The notes beneath the pieces were generated by a model. The model had not been told where the DNA came from, did no database searches, and saw only the letters and a program-made list of their open reading frames with translations. Both the position numbers and the translations under genes were made by a program. From Candidatus Latescibacterota bacterium (lineage in GTDB: Bacteria; Latescibacterota; UBA2968): 64,000 nucleotides of DNA. The stretch covers positions 3,424,001 to 3,488,000 of the forward strand of contig OZ242195.1 of assembly GCA_965205975.1 (NCBI GenBank), given 5' to 3'. Positions 21,200-30,954 of the stretch are shown here, in pieces (the first letter of the stretch is position 1; the number at the start of each line of letters is the position of its first letter).

Positions 21200-22230
21200 G
21201 ACGGTTGCTCAATACGCTCTATGTCACCACACCCGGGGCGCGTCTGGTCAAAAATGGCGAGAATCTGGTCGCAGAAGTTGAAGATGAGGAACGCGTTAGA
21301 GTGCCGTTCCACATGCTGGGTTCCGTGGTCGTGTTCGGCAGCATCTATATATCTCCACCCTTAATTCAAGCCTGCGCTTCCGGTGGCATCACTCTGGTAC
21401 TCTTAAGTCGGTTTGGTCGATTTCAAGCTCGAGTCGAGGGACCAGTCTCAGGCAATGTTCTGCTGCGTCGCGCACAGTATCGGGTAAGTGAGACACCTAT
21501 AGAAATCGTCCGCAGCATCCTCGTCGGCAAAATCGCCAATCAGAGAAACGTCCTGCAAAGAGCAATGCGGGACTACCGCAACGATCTTGAGCCTTCTGGT
21601 CGTGAGGCTCTGTCTGCCGTGACGAATCGACTCGCGCAAATCGTACGACGCATCAGCAATGACCAAAACAGTATTGATAGACTGCGCGGTTTTGAAGGTG
21701 AGGCCGCACGCCTCTATTTTTCAGTTTTTAGCCACCTGATCCGCGCACCCGATCCAGAGATGGCATTCGATGGTCGCAATCGCCGTCCACCGCGTGATCC
21801 GATGAACGCCCTGCTCTCGTTTCTCTATACGCTCCTCGTCCACGATTGCAGATCAGCCGCTGAAAGCGTGGGCATGGATCCAGCCGTGGGCTTTTTTCAC
21901 AGAGATCGGCCAGGCCGGCCGAGTCTCGCGCTGGACCTTATGGAAGAACTCAGGCCGGTTCTCGCTGACCGACTCGCGTTGTCACTGGTCAATCGCCAAC
22001 AACTTCGCGCTAAAGACTTCCAAACTCGAGAAGGTGGTACCGTCGTGATGAGCGACGACGCTCGCAAGACGGTTCTTAGTGCGTGGCAGGAACGAAAGCG
22101 TGTGATGCGCCGTCATCCTTTTATTGGAGAACAGGCACCGCTCGGACTGGTTCCCTACCTTCAAGCACAACTGTTAGCCCGGCACCTTCGCGGCGATTTA
22201 GACGCCCACCCACCGTGGTTTTGGAAATAA
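21196..22230 (+). CDS. cas1: Type I-C Cas1 integrase
   Basis: MRRLLNTLYVTT, GNVLLRRAQY, LRGFEGEAA, RPGRPSLALDLMEE; GGAGG RBS. Confidence 0.95.
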   Translation: MRRLLNTLYVTTPGARLVKNGENLVAEVEDEERVRVPFHMLGSVVVFGSIYISPPLIQACASGGITLVLLSRFGRFQARVEGPVSGNVLLRRAQYRVSETPIEIVRSILVGKIANQRNVLQRAMRDYRNDLEPSGREALSAVTNRLAQIVRRISNDQNSIDRLRGFEGEAARLYFSVFSHLIRAPDPEMAFDGRNRRPPRDPMNALLSFLYTLLVHDCRSAAESVGMDPAVGFFHRDRPGRPSLALDLMEELRPVLADRLALSLVNRQQLRAKDFQTREGGTVVMSDDARKTVLSAWQERKRVMRRHPFIGEQAPLGLVPYLQAQLLARHLRGDLDAHPPWFWK

Positions 22231-22242
22231 GGATATTCAACT

Positions 22243-22533
22243 ATGATGGTTCTCGTTACTTATGATGTCTCAACTACCACTACCGATGGTCCAAAACGTT
22301 TGCGGCATGTTGCCAAGGCGTGTCGCGACTTTGGACAAAGAGTGCAGTTCTCAGTGTTTGAAATCGAAGTCGATCCAGCACAATGGACTGCCTTGAAAGC
22401 ACGTCTTGAGACGATTATTGATCCAGAGACCGATAGTCTCAGGTATTATTTTCTCGGAACGAATTGGAAACGCCGTGTCGAACATGTCGGTGCCAAACCG
22501 GCTACTGATCTGAGCGGGACACTGATCGTGTGA
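22243..22533 (+). CDS. cas2: CRISPR-associated Cas2
   Basis: [26 protein letters not shown]. Confidence 0.95.
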   Translation: MMVLVTYDVSTTTTDGPKRLRHVAKACRDFGQRVQFSVFEIEVDPAQWTALKARLETIIDPETDSLRYYFLGTNWKRRVEHVGAKPATDLSGTLIV

Positions 22534-22725
22534 GGTGTCTAAGCCCAGCGCGAACCATAAGCAGTCAGACAAATACAGGGAGGTCCGCACTTTGTCTAAC
22601 TTATTGAAAATTAGAAAAATTGGAGACACTCTCTTTACGGATGATAGGGATTTAGAGTTATGAATCACTCCCTTCGCGCAAGTATAGCTCGAACCTATTG
22701 TAACACAATGAATTAGATTGTAACA
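22534..22725 (+). promoter_or_regulatory. CRISPR leader
   Basis: AT-rich non-coding region between cas2 and the first repeat, with a GCGAACC...GGTCCGC inverted motif of the kind seen in type I-C leaders. Confidence 0.75.
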
Positions 22726-24981
22726 GTCGCTCCCTACATGGGGGCGTGGATTGAAACCCCAGATCGAAGCGTCTATAAATCGTCTCAACAAGGTCGCTCC
22801 CTACATGGGGGCGTGGATTGAAACGTCAACATCATTAGAGATACCACGCACACCAAACGTCGCTCCCTACATGGGGGCGTGGATTGAAAAACCCTTGCTT
22901 CCTGTGTCGCTCCCTACATGGGGGCGTGGATTGAAACTACGACAACCCGTATGTGAAGATGATGATGGGCAGGTCGCTCCCTACATGGGGGCGTGGATTG
23001 AAACAGATGTCGATATTGACTTGGGCTTCTCCATGTGGTCGCTCCCTACATGGGGGCGTGGATTGAAACACATCGGCACTTGGGTTCAAGTTTCGCGTGG
23101 GTGGTCGCTCCCTACATGGGGGCGTGGATTGAAACTCGTATGGCGTCGTTGTATGTGTGTCCCGATTCGGTCGCTCCCTACATGGGGGCGTGGATTGAAA
23201 CAGATATTTCGTCATACGCGCCGAGAGAATCATTCGTCGCTCCCTACATGGGGGCGTGGATTGAAACAAGATCATTCCCGCAGCCATTGATGCAGGTGTC
23301 GTCGCTCCCTACATGGGGGCGTGGATTGAAACCGGTCGGGGTGTTGGTATATCGTGGCAGAATGGCGTCGCTCCCTACATGGGGGCGTGGATTGAAACTT
23401 TCAAATAGCGGGGGTGTTCGCGCCCGTCGTCATGTCGCTCCCTACATGGGGGCGTGGATTGAAACGTGCAGTACCCGGGCCAGCTTATGAGCGTCGCGCG
23501 TCGCTCCCTACATGGGGGCGTGGATTGAAACACAGGCAGGGTTGCCCTGTTGCCGGTGGTCAAGGTCGCTCCCTACATGGGGGCGTGGATTGAAACCTGT
23601 CTCAAGAGCGCGACAATGGTATGGTACACCGTCGCTCCCTACATGGGGGCGTGGATTGAAACAGCTAAACAAGCTAAAGGCTGGCGATGATATGTCGTCG
23701 CTCCCTACATGGGGGCGTGGATTGAAACCACATCGACTTGGGCGAACAATCCTTGACCGCAAGGTCGCTCCCTACATGGGGGCGTGGATTGAAACAAAAG
23801 CGGACAAGCGGTGACGATTACCACGTCGAGTCGCTCCCTACATGGGGGCGTGGATTGAAACTGTCCCGCCTGTGTAGAATACGCCACCATATTCGTCGCT
23901 CCCTACATGGGGGCGTGGATTGAAACCATAGGGATGTTCTCGCGCCACCTGATTGATGTTGTCGCTCCCTACATGGGGGCGTGGATTGAAACTCCACCAG
24001 TTCGGGTGTCCAGTCATTGGGTAGCGTCGCTCCCTACATGGGGGCGTGGATTGAAACATTGCACCTGTCCAGTAGCCAGGGATGCCAAAGAGTCGCTCCC
24101 TACATGGGGGCGTGGATTGAAACTGAATGAGGAAAACCACCGCACTACCGGGCACGGGTCGCTCCCTACATGGGGGCGTGGATTGAAACCATTTTGGGTC
24201 GGGATGGTCGCCGTGACTCGACAGTCGCTCCCTACATGGGGGCGTGGATTGAAACATATTCCGTGATACTCCATATTGTTTTCGTGAAGTCGCTCCCTAC
24301 ATGGGGGCGTGGATTGAAACCGCAATTTGGTATCAGAACAGAAGCCGACTTGATGGTCGCTCCCTACATGGGGGCGTGGATTGAAACATTCATTGTCAAC
24401 CGCTTAATCTCGCATGCGATAGTCGCTCCCTACATGGGGGCGTGGATTGAAACAGTCTCCAATGAACAGATAACCTAAACCTCGCAGGGTCGCTCCCTAC
24501 ATGGGGGCGTGGATTGAAACATAACAGAATCCTCCTGTGAAAAATTACACTGGCGGTCGCTCCCTACATGGGGGCGTGGATTGAAACCAATCGGGATCAG
24601 CAGAAGGGTTTACAAGATGGTGTCGCTCCCTACATGGGGGCGTGGATTGAAACTGGTACAACATACAGAGCAAGAATGGTCCAACAAGTCGCTCCCTACA
24701 TGGGGGCGTGGATTGAAACATCTATTGATACTCCAAAGTCACCAGCAGGAATAGTCGCTCCCTACATGGGGGCGTGGATTGAAACGAGTCGATGCGCGCC
24801 TGTTTTCGTGTGTCGATGCGGTCACTCCCTACACGGGAGTGTGGATTGAAACTTCATCCGTGTCTATTATGATGTCGTGACAGACAGTCGATTCCTTCCT
24901 GGGAGCGTGGATCGAAACAGCCACAGGCACGTTGCCTTTGTCTCTCCGTGCGGCACTCCTTTATGGGGTGGGGATTAAAAC
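22726..24981 (+). CRISPR. Type I-C CRISPR array, 35 repeats / 34 spacers
   Basis: 32-bp repeat GTCGCTCCCTACATGGGGGCGTGGATTGAAAC. Spacers are 33-35 bp except one of 15 bp. The last three repeats (24821, 24887, 24952) are progressively degenerate. Confidence 0.98.
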
Positions 24982-24983
24982 GC

Positions 24984-25074
24984 TTTTTCAGCATCCCCCT
25001 CCAGCCAAAGTTAGAGCGTGATCGCTTATGATATTTTCCATGGACATGAGATAGTGCGGGAACGACAGGGATAA
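24984..25074 (+). pseudogene. Diverged remnant of the 3' end of the phosphodiesterase gene at 10647..12599
   Basis: Translates QS*SVIAYDIFHGHEIVRERQG* versus QSQGAVAYDILEGHEMVRERPE*. Confidence 0.8.
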
Positions 25075-25093
25075 AGTCAGGGGAAGCGCGGTT

Positions 25094-25330
25094 GTGGATT
25101 TTGATATTCTTGGAGAAATTACGCAGATCGAACCCATTGCCAGAGGAACGGGTGTGCGTGACCGGGCGCGATTGCGAAAACGATATGGTCCAGGCAGGTG
25201 GCGCAAACTTAAGGGGGTGGCACGCGTACGCTTACTTGACAACAGTATAAGGCTTGCCGAAATTCATTGGTACGAAGCACATGGCATTGGCAAAAAAGAA
25301 TTTAAACTCAAACTTCCCTTTCTTGGTTGA
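25094..25330 (+). CDS. Small basic hypothetical protein (putative toxin of a two-gene module)
   Basis: RLRKRYGPGRWRKLKG...AEIHWYEAHGIG; overlaps a small acidic partner gene. Confidence 0.65.
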   Translation: MDFDILGEITQIEPIARGTGVRDRARLRKRYGPGRWRKLKGVARVRLLDNSIRLAEIHWYEAHGIGKKEFKLKLPFLG

Positions 25331-26154
25331 TTATGAAAAGAAATAATCTTACACAACAATTTGCCCTCTGCATCAATAATGAGGGATACGAGGCGTCTCT
25401 TGAAGTGGGTAAAGTTTATCGCATCATTCCCGATGACGAAGCCTCTGCTCATGGCTATATTCGCATCATTGATGAAAGCGGTGAAGATTATGCTTTTGGT
25501 GACCACCGCTTTCATCGCGTTGACCGGCCCGATGCAGTTGGTGAGATGTTGATCTACACAGTAAGTATAGATAAGGAAAAGAATTATATGCTTGATATTC
25601 ACGGCCTTATGGCGGACTTAGCCAAGTACCGTCCGCGTTTTGAATCAGAGAAAGATTTCAAACATGCTCTCGAGAGGCAGATTCGCAAGACGATGCCAAA
25701 TAGCAATCCTCACTTGGAGTATAAAATAAAAAATATGCGCTTGGACATCTATCTTCCGACTGAAAGAATTGCAATTGAGTTGAAGTATCGTTTTCGAGGC
25801 AGACAATATGCTGGACGGTACAAGTTCCTCAAAGACATCGAGAAACTTGAAAGGGTAGTCGCAGATGGAAAAGCCAAGTCAGGATTTGCAATTCTGTTAA
25901 CAAACGAGCCACCATTTTGGGATCAAAAACGTTCTCGGAAACCAAATCCTATTGATGCTGACTTTCACATTTATGAAGGCCGGAGAGTAACAGGCGAGTT
26001 GACGTGGGCGGCTCATACCAGTCCAAGTACAATGAAGGACATGGAAGAACCGATTAGTCTAAAAGATTCATATCGTTTGCGCTGGCGAGATTACTCAAGT
26101 TTTGGAACAGGAAAAAACCAACTGTCCCGGTATCTCGTAGTCCCGGTTAAATGA
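25327..26154 (+). CDS. Read-through fusion of small putative antitoxin (N-terminal ~75 aa) and PD-(D/E)XK-like protein (from MLDIH at 25588)
   Basis: The parts are paralogous to 13212-13401 and 13728-14336. A small deletion near 25550 removes the stop seen in the other copy. Confidence 0.6.
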   Translation: MIMKRNNLTQQFALCINNEGYEASLEVGKVYRIIPDDEASAHGYIRIIDESGEDYAFGDHRFHRVDRPDAVGEMLIYTVSIDKEKNYMLDIHGLMADLAKYRPRFESEKDFKHALERQIRKTMPNSNPHLEYKIKNMRLDIYLPTERIAIELKYRFRGRQYAGRYKFLKDIEKLERVVADGKAKSGFAILLTNEPPFWDQKRSRKPNPIDADFHIYEGRRVTGELTWAAHTSPSTMKDMEEPISLKDSYRLRWRDYSSFGTGKNQLSRYLVVPVK

Positions 26155-26213
26155 GGTTTATAGTTTAAAACTGGGTGTACTGATTATAAAGAGTTCCTGA
26201 ACACATAAGACAG

Positions 26214-26247
26214 AAAAGGGCGTGCGATTCGGTCTCGCACGCCCTTT
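26214..26247. terminator. Terminator hairpin between convergent genes
   Basis: AAAAGGGCGTGCGA...TCGCACGCCCTTT. Confidence 0.7.
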
Positions 26248-26276
26248 GTGTATTAAAGTGAGACTGTCCGTTCTGA

Positions 26277-26486
26277 TCATGACACCCACTTGAGCTTTTT
26301 TTTGGTCTGGACGCAATCCCGGAGATACAGATTGATCAAACTCTGGTATGGAATACCTGTTTCGTCCGCCAAATCTTTAAAATATACAATCACATCCATT
26401 CCCAAACGAAGCGTAACCTGCTTCGTAAGATGCTTTGCATAGGGATTCTTGATGGATTTAGAAAAGTCGTATTCTGTTTTCATCAT
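26277..26486 (-). CDS. BrnA/CopG-family antitoxin (no cognate toxin adjacent)
   Basis: MKTEYDFSK..KNPY, QVTLRL, IPYQSLINLYLRDC. Confidence 0.8.
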   Translation of the reverse strand: MMKTEYDFSKSIKNPYAKHLTKQVTLRLGMDVIVYFKDLADETGIPYQSLINLYLRDCVQTKKKLKWVS

Positions 26487-26593
26487 ATGTAACACACAGC
26501 CTCATTGAATATCTCAACCTCGATCTCTTTCCCAAAGCCGCATCAAATACGTATGACACTCTTCGACTCTTTTAGAGATTCGGAATCTCGAAA

Positions 26594-26767
26594 TTACTCA
26601 CTTTTGGTTTCTGGCAACTTATAATCCGTTTTTTCCATTCGGTCACGACCGCGGATCAGAGCACCATAGATATTGTCGATAAATTTACTTTTTTTTGCTT
26701 CAATTCGATCCCGCCCCCTGATTAATTGCTCTCCTAACGAGGTGTTAGCAGTGCGTCTATAAGCCAT
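26594..26767 (-). CDS. Possible 57-aa protein with a repeated LIRGRDR motif
   Basis: AAAGGAGA RBS before ATG 26767; LIRGRDR occurs twice, with different codons. Confidence 0.4.
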   Translation of the reverse strand: MAYRRTANTSLGEQLIRGRDRIEAKKSKFIDNIYGALIRGRDRMEKTDYKLPETKSE

Positions 26768-26816
26768 CTTGTCTCCTTTCCTTAATGTGGCCTTAATATA
26801 ACAAAGTGCTACTGAG

Positions 26817-27053
26817 CTATAATTTATCATATTCTTCAGGCTCTACATCTGGCACATTTGCCAAAACTGCTTCAAACTTCTGGCGGCTACCTCGCTTGGC
26901 GCGCTCTTTCAGATACTCAACCGTCGCCAAAGACGACATCTTCTCCGCCACTGCAAGGGTGATAAACTGATTCATAGAAATCCCCTCCTCCGCTGCCATT
27001 TGCTTAATACGCTTATGCAGTGAATCGGGCAATCGAATACTTAACGTACTCAT
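26817..27053 (-). CDS. Ribbon-helix-helix (HicB/CopG-like) antitoxin
   Basis: MSTLSIRLPDSLH...EGISMNQFITLAVAEK; overlaps the PIN gene stop. Confidence 0.8.
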   Translation of the reverse strand: MSTLSIRLPDSLHKRIKQMAAEEGISMNQFITLAVAEKMSSLATVEYLKERAKRGSRQKFEAVLANVPDVEPEEYDKL

Positions 27054-27478
27054 GATAAAACTCCTATTCTTTCAAGAAATTCTTTAGTGGTTACCACCTC
27101 AATGCCAAACATCTCCGCACCGCGAAAGTCCCGTTTGTTGTATGTCACGATATACTTACAGCCTGCCTTGACAGCCAAATCCAAAAGCATATCATCTTGT
27201 GGATCTGGCAAGTAAGGCCGCCAGAGGAAATATATCTCATGCAAATTGGCTATCGAACACAGATAATCAAGAAAATCTGCAATACCGTCCTGCGTAATAT
27301 GTAAACGGTGTCTCTGGCGCCGCAGGACCTCTTCGTATTGAAAAACGAGGGGCACCGAAAGATTGATCTCAAATGGAGCCTTGTCAATTAAAGAGATCAG
27401 CTTAAAGGAGGCACCCCGTTTAGAGCGAAGTGCTGTGACCACGATGTTGGTATCCAAGACAATCTGAGTTGGCTCCAT
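27050..27478 (-). CDS. PIN-domain toxin
   Basis: IVLDTNIVV, WRPYLPDPQDD, IVTYNKRDF. Confidence 0.88.
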   Translation of the reverse strand: MEPTQIVLDTNIVVTALRSKRGASFKLISLIDKAPFEINLSVPLVFQYEEVLRRQRHRLHITQDGIADFLDYLCSIANLHEIYFLWRPYLPDPQDDMLLDLAVKAGCKYIVTYNKRDFRGAEMFGIEVVTTKEFLERIGVLS

Positions 27479-27565
27479 AATGGTATTATACATAATACCA
27501 AACATCTTGGCAATAGGCAGAACTCACTCCTCCCTCGATGAGAGAAACGAAGCAGTCCTACCACA

Positions 27566-28327
27566 TCACCGACAACAGCGGAACCCGATATCCTTGCCCT
27601 GCCATCTGGGACTGAGTCTTCCGCGCTCCTGCACCCGCACGGCTGGTGCGCCATTTACCCAACTGCCGCCGCGCATCACCCGCAAGCTCCCGCTCTCTGG
27701 ACCCGGGGGATTTTCCCGCGGACTATTGCGATAATAATCCACGCGGTGCCAATCCGCCACCCACTCCCACACATTGCCCGACAAATCCGCCACCTCAAAA
27801 GGACTCATACCATTGGGAAAACTACCCACAGTCGCGGGCTTGCCCACCTGCCCATTAAAATTCAACCGCGTCGGATCGGGATCCTCATTGCCCCAAGGAT
27901 AAATACGTCCATCGCCACCCGCGGCCTTTTCCCATTCCGCTTCGGAACACAACCGCTTGCCTGCCCACGCGCAAAAATCCTGTGCATCAAACCAGGTCAC
28001 ACCAACCACCGGTTGCCGCGCGGCATTAAACCCCACAGAATCGGCACACGCCGAAGGATCGCGTCCTGTTGTCGCAACAAATAACCTGTAATCCGCGTTC
28101 ACCACCTCAAAGCGATCAATCCAGAAAGCATCCAAAAACACCACATGCTCGGGACCTTCATCCCGCCCAAACTCATTGGTCCCCATCACAAATTCGCCCG
28201 CTGGAATTTCAATCATCGCCGCAACCAACTCGCCCTCTGATTCTGGCTGAACGGGATAATCATCTCCACAATTAGCTATCAATCCCATCCCAATGAGCAC
28301 GCGCAAAAATTTCAAAATATCGCCCAT
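27566..28327 (-). CDS. Formylglycine-generating enzyme (SUMF1/FGE-sulfatase) domain lipoprotein
   Basis: IPAGEFVMG, RLCSEAEWEKAA, DLSGNVWEW, RGGSW, GFRC; lipobox-like IANC. Confidence 0.85.
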   Translation of the reverse strand: MGDILKFLRVLIGMGLIANCGDDYPVQPESEGELVAAMIEIPAGEFVMGTNEFGRDEGPEHVVFLDAFWIDRFEVVNADYRLFVATTGRDPSACADSVGFNAARQPVVGVTWFDAQDFCAWAGKRLCSEAEWEKAAGGDGRIYPWGNEDPDPTRLNFNGQVGKPATVGSFPNGMSPFEVADLSGNVWEWVADWHRVDYYRNSPRENPPGPESGSLRVMRGGSWVNGAPAVRVQERGRLSPRWQGKDIGFRCCR

Positions 28328-28430
28328 CGCAGCCTCCTGAATGACATCACCAAAACAGCGGCATCCGAAAGAGGTTGTTTGTTCTCGAAATCGCGTTTAT
28401 TTTTGCGTCTGAAAACTGAACAAAAAACTT

Positions 28431-28491
28431 CTGGATCGCGGCTCAACATCATAGCCTGCCCCGTAGTGCTTTTATACGGGGCCGCGATGAC
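28431..28491. repeat. CTGGATCGCGG...CCGCGATGAC palindromic repeat with internal CCCCGTAG...TACGGGG hairpin
   Basis: Same family as 1092, 30874 and 38940. Confidence 0.7.
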
Positions 28492-28531
28492 AAAGGTGGA
28501 TTGCAGTCCTGTGAATTAAGCCGGAGAAACC

Positions 28532-29035
28532 ATGAACAAAGTCACCACATATTACCTCGAAATGAAATCGCCATCTTCCCTGAAAGAAAAAACGAAATCA
28601 AACGGACTGCAAGTACACGAATGCGAAATCAAACAATATCAATTTAACAAATTTCTATATCAATTCATAGGCGGACCCTATGAATGGACAAATAAACTCT
28701 CCTTGTCAGATGAACAATGGAAAGCGCACGTAGAAAACGACAACCTGAGAACATGGCTCGCGCAGTATAAAGGCGCGCCTGCCGGATACTACGAACTCCA
28801 CAAGCAAGACAATGGCAACGTCGAAATCCTCTATTTTGGCCTGGCTACCAAATTCATCGGACAGGGCTTTGGAGGTTATCTCTTATCCCATGCAATAAAA
28901 TCAGCCTGGAAATGGGGACAAACAAAAAGAGTATGGGTGCATACCTGCACCCTTGACCATCCACATGCACTGCAAAATTACAAATCGCGAGGCATGGAGG
29001 TCTATCGCGTAGAGACTACTAACCACGAACCTTAA
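28532..29035 (+). CDS. GNAT-family N-acetyltransferase
   Basis: YFGLATKFIGQGFGGYLL, RVWVHTCTLDHPHALQNY. Confidence 0.88.
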   Translation: MNKVTTYYLEMKSPSSLKEKTKSNGLQVHECEIKQYQFNKFLYQFIGGPYEWTNKLSLSDEQWKAHVENDNLRTWLAQYKGAPAGYYELHKQDNGNVEILYFGLATKFIGQGFGGYLLSHAIKSAWKWGQTKRVWVHTCTLDHPHALQNYKSRGMEVYRVETTNHEP

Positions 29036-29044
29036 GGAGAACCC

Positions 29045-29779
29045 ATGAGACTACAAAACAAAAACATCGTCGTAACGGGCGGTGCATCGGGCATAGGACA
29101 GGCAGCAGCGAGATGCTGTGCCCGGGAAGGCGCGCGCGTAGCCGTTGTAGATCTGGACGGAGCGGGCGTGGAACGCACGGTTCGAGAAATCGAAAACGCG
29201 GGAGGCAATGCGACGGGATTTCACGCAGACATAAAAGAAGAAACTCAGGTACGCGCACTCTTTGAAAATATCGGCAATGCCTTTGGACACATCGACGGCT
29301 TAATCAACGCCGCTGGCATCCTCGAAGGCGCGTTCGTACCCGTCGATGAATTTGATGAATTTACCTGGGACAGAGTCATAGACATCAATCTAAAAGGAAG
29401 TTTTCTCGTCTCAAAATACACCGTGCCACTGATGGAAAAAGCCGGCAAAGGCGTCATCGTACTCATCGCCTCTGGCGCGGGCGTCAAAGGTGGCAGCTCA
29501 TCCATCGCCTATGGCTCCAGCAAAGGCGGTGCCCACGGCCTCTCCCTCGTATTGGCAGCCCAACTGAGCAATCGCAACATCCGCGTCCATGGCGTATGTC
29601 CCGGCGGGATCGAAACGCCACTCAAAATGCGCGTCGTACAAAAACAAGCCGACACCTCGGGACGCGATGTCTCAAAAATGGCAGCCGGACTCGGCGACCC
29701 CGAAGGCGTGGGCAAAATACTGTCCTTCCTCGTATCTGATGAAGCCGACTATCTTCGCGGCAGCATCTTCACGCGATAG
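29045..29779 (+). CDS. SDR-family oxidoreductase
   Basis: Motifs TGGASGIG, NAAG, YGSSK. Confidence 0.9.
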   Translation: MRLQNKNIVVTGGASGIGQAAARCCAREGARVAVVDLDGAGVERTVREIENAGGNATGFHADIKEETQVRALFENIGNAFGHIDGLINAAGILEGAFVPVDEFDEFTWDRVIDINLKGSFLVSKYTVPLMEKAGKGVIVLIASGAGVKGGSSSIAYGSSKGGAHGLSLVLAAQLSNRNIRVHGVCPGGIETPLKMRVVQKQADTSGRDVSKMAAGLGDPEGVGKILSFLVSDEADYLRGSIFTR

Positions 29780-29790
29780 GAGACCAGACC

Positions 29791-30654
29791 ATGCGCTTAG
29801 GTGTTGTTGGCCTTTTACCCCGGGATTTTCGCACCCTGCAATCGCCACATCTTCAGATCATCCAGGACCTCAGATTCACCGGCGGAGCCTTTCACTTCCC
29901 CGCAGAACTCTGCGAAGAAATCACAACCGCCGACACGGACCGGTGCCGCGCACTTTTTGCCGAACACAACCTCGACCTCGCCCAATTCTCCATCACATAC
30001 CCCGAATGCCTCTTTGATCCAGATCCAGAAATCCGAAACGCAATCATCCGCAAAATGAAAAAAGGTGCAGAAATCGCCGCGGGCTTATCTGCACAAACCT
30101 ATCTCCTGCGCCCGGGCAGCCGCAACCCCGTCGGAAGCTGGACGCCCCATCGCCAAAACCACACGCCAGAAGCATGGGATCGCCTCATTGAAACCCTGCA
30201 AAAAATCGCCCCCACCCTCGAACAAAACGGCGTCACAGTCGTCATGGAAACCCACCTCGTCTCCATCCTCAAAAACCCGGAAACCTGCCGCAAAATGGTC
30301 GAAAACGTCGGATCGCCCAACCTGCGCCTGGTCATGGACTACGTCAACCACTTTGAAACCCTGAGCCAGGTCTATGCCAGCACCGACCGCCTGGACCACA
30401 TCTTCTCCCAAATGGGCGCCTATTCCCCTGTCATGCACATCAAAGACATCGCCATCGGCAGAGGACTTGTGGTCCACCTCGACGAAACCGTACCCGGCAA
30501 CGGCGAACTCGACCTCGCCCACTGCTTCCAACATTTCCAGAACCACCACCCCAACAACTACGGCCTCATCGAACACCTCAAACCCGACCTTATCCCCGAA
30601 GCCGCTGCAAACACCCGCGCCATCGCCACCCGCGCTGGTGTTCCGATAACATAA
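29791..30654 (+). CDS. Sugar phosphate isomerase/epimerase (xylose isomerase-like TIM barrel)
   Basis: Metal-ligand pattern VMETH, MDYVN, HIKD, IEH. Confidence 0.8.
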   Translation: MRLGVVGLLPRDFRTLQSPHLQIIQDLRFTGGAFHFPAELCEEITTADTDRCRALFAEHNLDLAQFSITYPECLFDPDPEIRNAIIRKMKKGAEIAAGLSAQTYLLRPGSRNPVGSWTPHRQNHTPEAWDRLIETLQKIAPTLEQNGVTVVMETHLVSILKNPETCRKMVENVGSPNLRLVMDYVNHFETLSQVYASTDRLDHIFSQMGAYSPVMHIKDIAIGRGLVVHLDETVPGNGELDLAHCFQHFQNHHPNNYGLIEHLKPDLIPEAAANTRAIATRAGVPIT

Positions 30655-30658
30655 AAAA

Positions 30659-30687
30659 CGGCGTCCAATCAAAAGATCGGACGCCGC
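30659..30687. terminator. Terminator hairpin between convergent units
   Basis: CGGCGTCCAATC-AAAA-GATCGGACGCCG, preceded by an A-run. Confidence 0.7.
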
Positions 30688-30697
30688 GAAAAATAAG

Positions 30698-30820
30698 TCA
30701 ATTCGGAGAAATCCAGCGCTTTTTCCACTCTCGCATAATGTGAAAATGCTGTTGCACCTTATGATAACGGCGCAAAATCTCGAGCACCTTTAACCGCAAA
30801 ACATACTTTTCCTGTTCCAT
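30698..30820 (-). CDS. Possible 40-aa basic protein
   Basis: GGAGAGG RBS before ATG 30820 (MEQEKYVLRLK...WISPN), followed by the terminator. Confidence 0.35.
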   Translation of the reverse strand: MEQEKYVLRLKVLEILRRYHKVQQHFHIMREWKKRWISPN

Positions 30821-30873
30821 AACGCCTCTCCCGATTGTGATAGTTGAGCGATTGCCCATTCTCCCAGCCCCCT

Positions 30874-30933
30874 CTGGATCGCGGCTCAAGCATGCCCCGT
30901 AGTGCTTCTATACGGGGAACATGCCGCGATGAC
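30874..30933. repeat. CTGGATCGCGG...CCGCGATGAC palindromic repeat
   Basis: Near-identical to 28431-28491. Confidence 0.7.
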
Positions 30934-30954
30934 GGGTTTCATCCTTCACACTTC

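Noticed and set aside
22751..24849. Many ORFs of 60-180 aa in the ORF track
   Set aside because: They are translations of CRISPR repeats and spacers.
24853..24886. Spacer 33 targeting cas2 (shared TATGATGTC)
   Set aside because: The match is ~10 bp, far too short for self-targeting.
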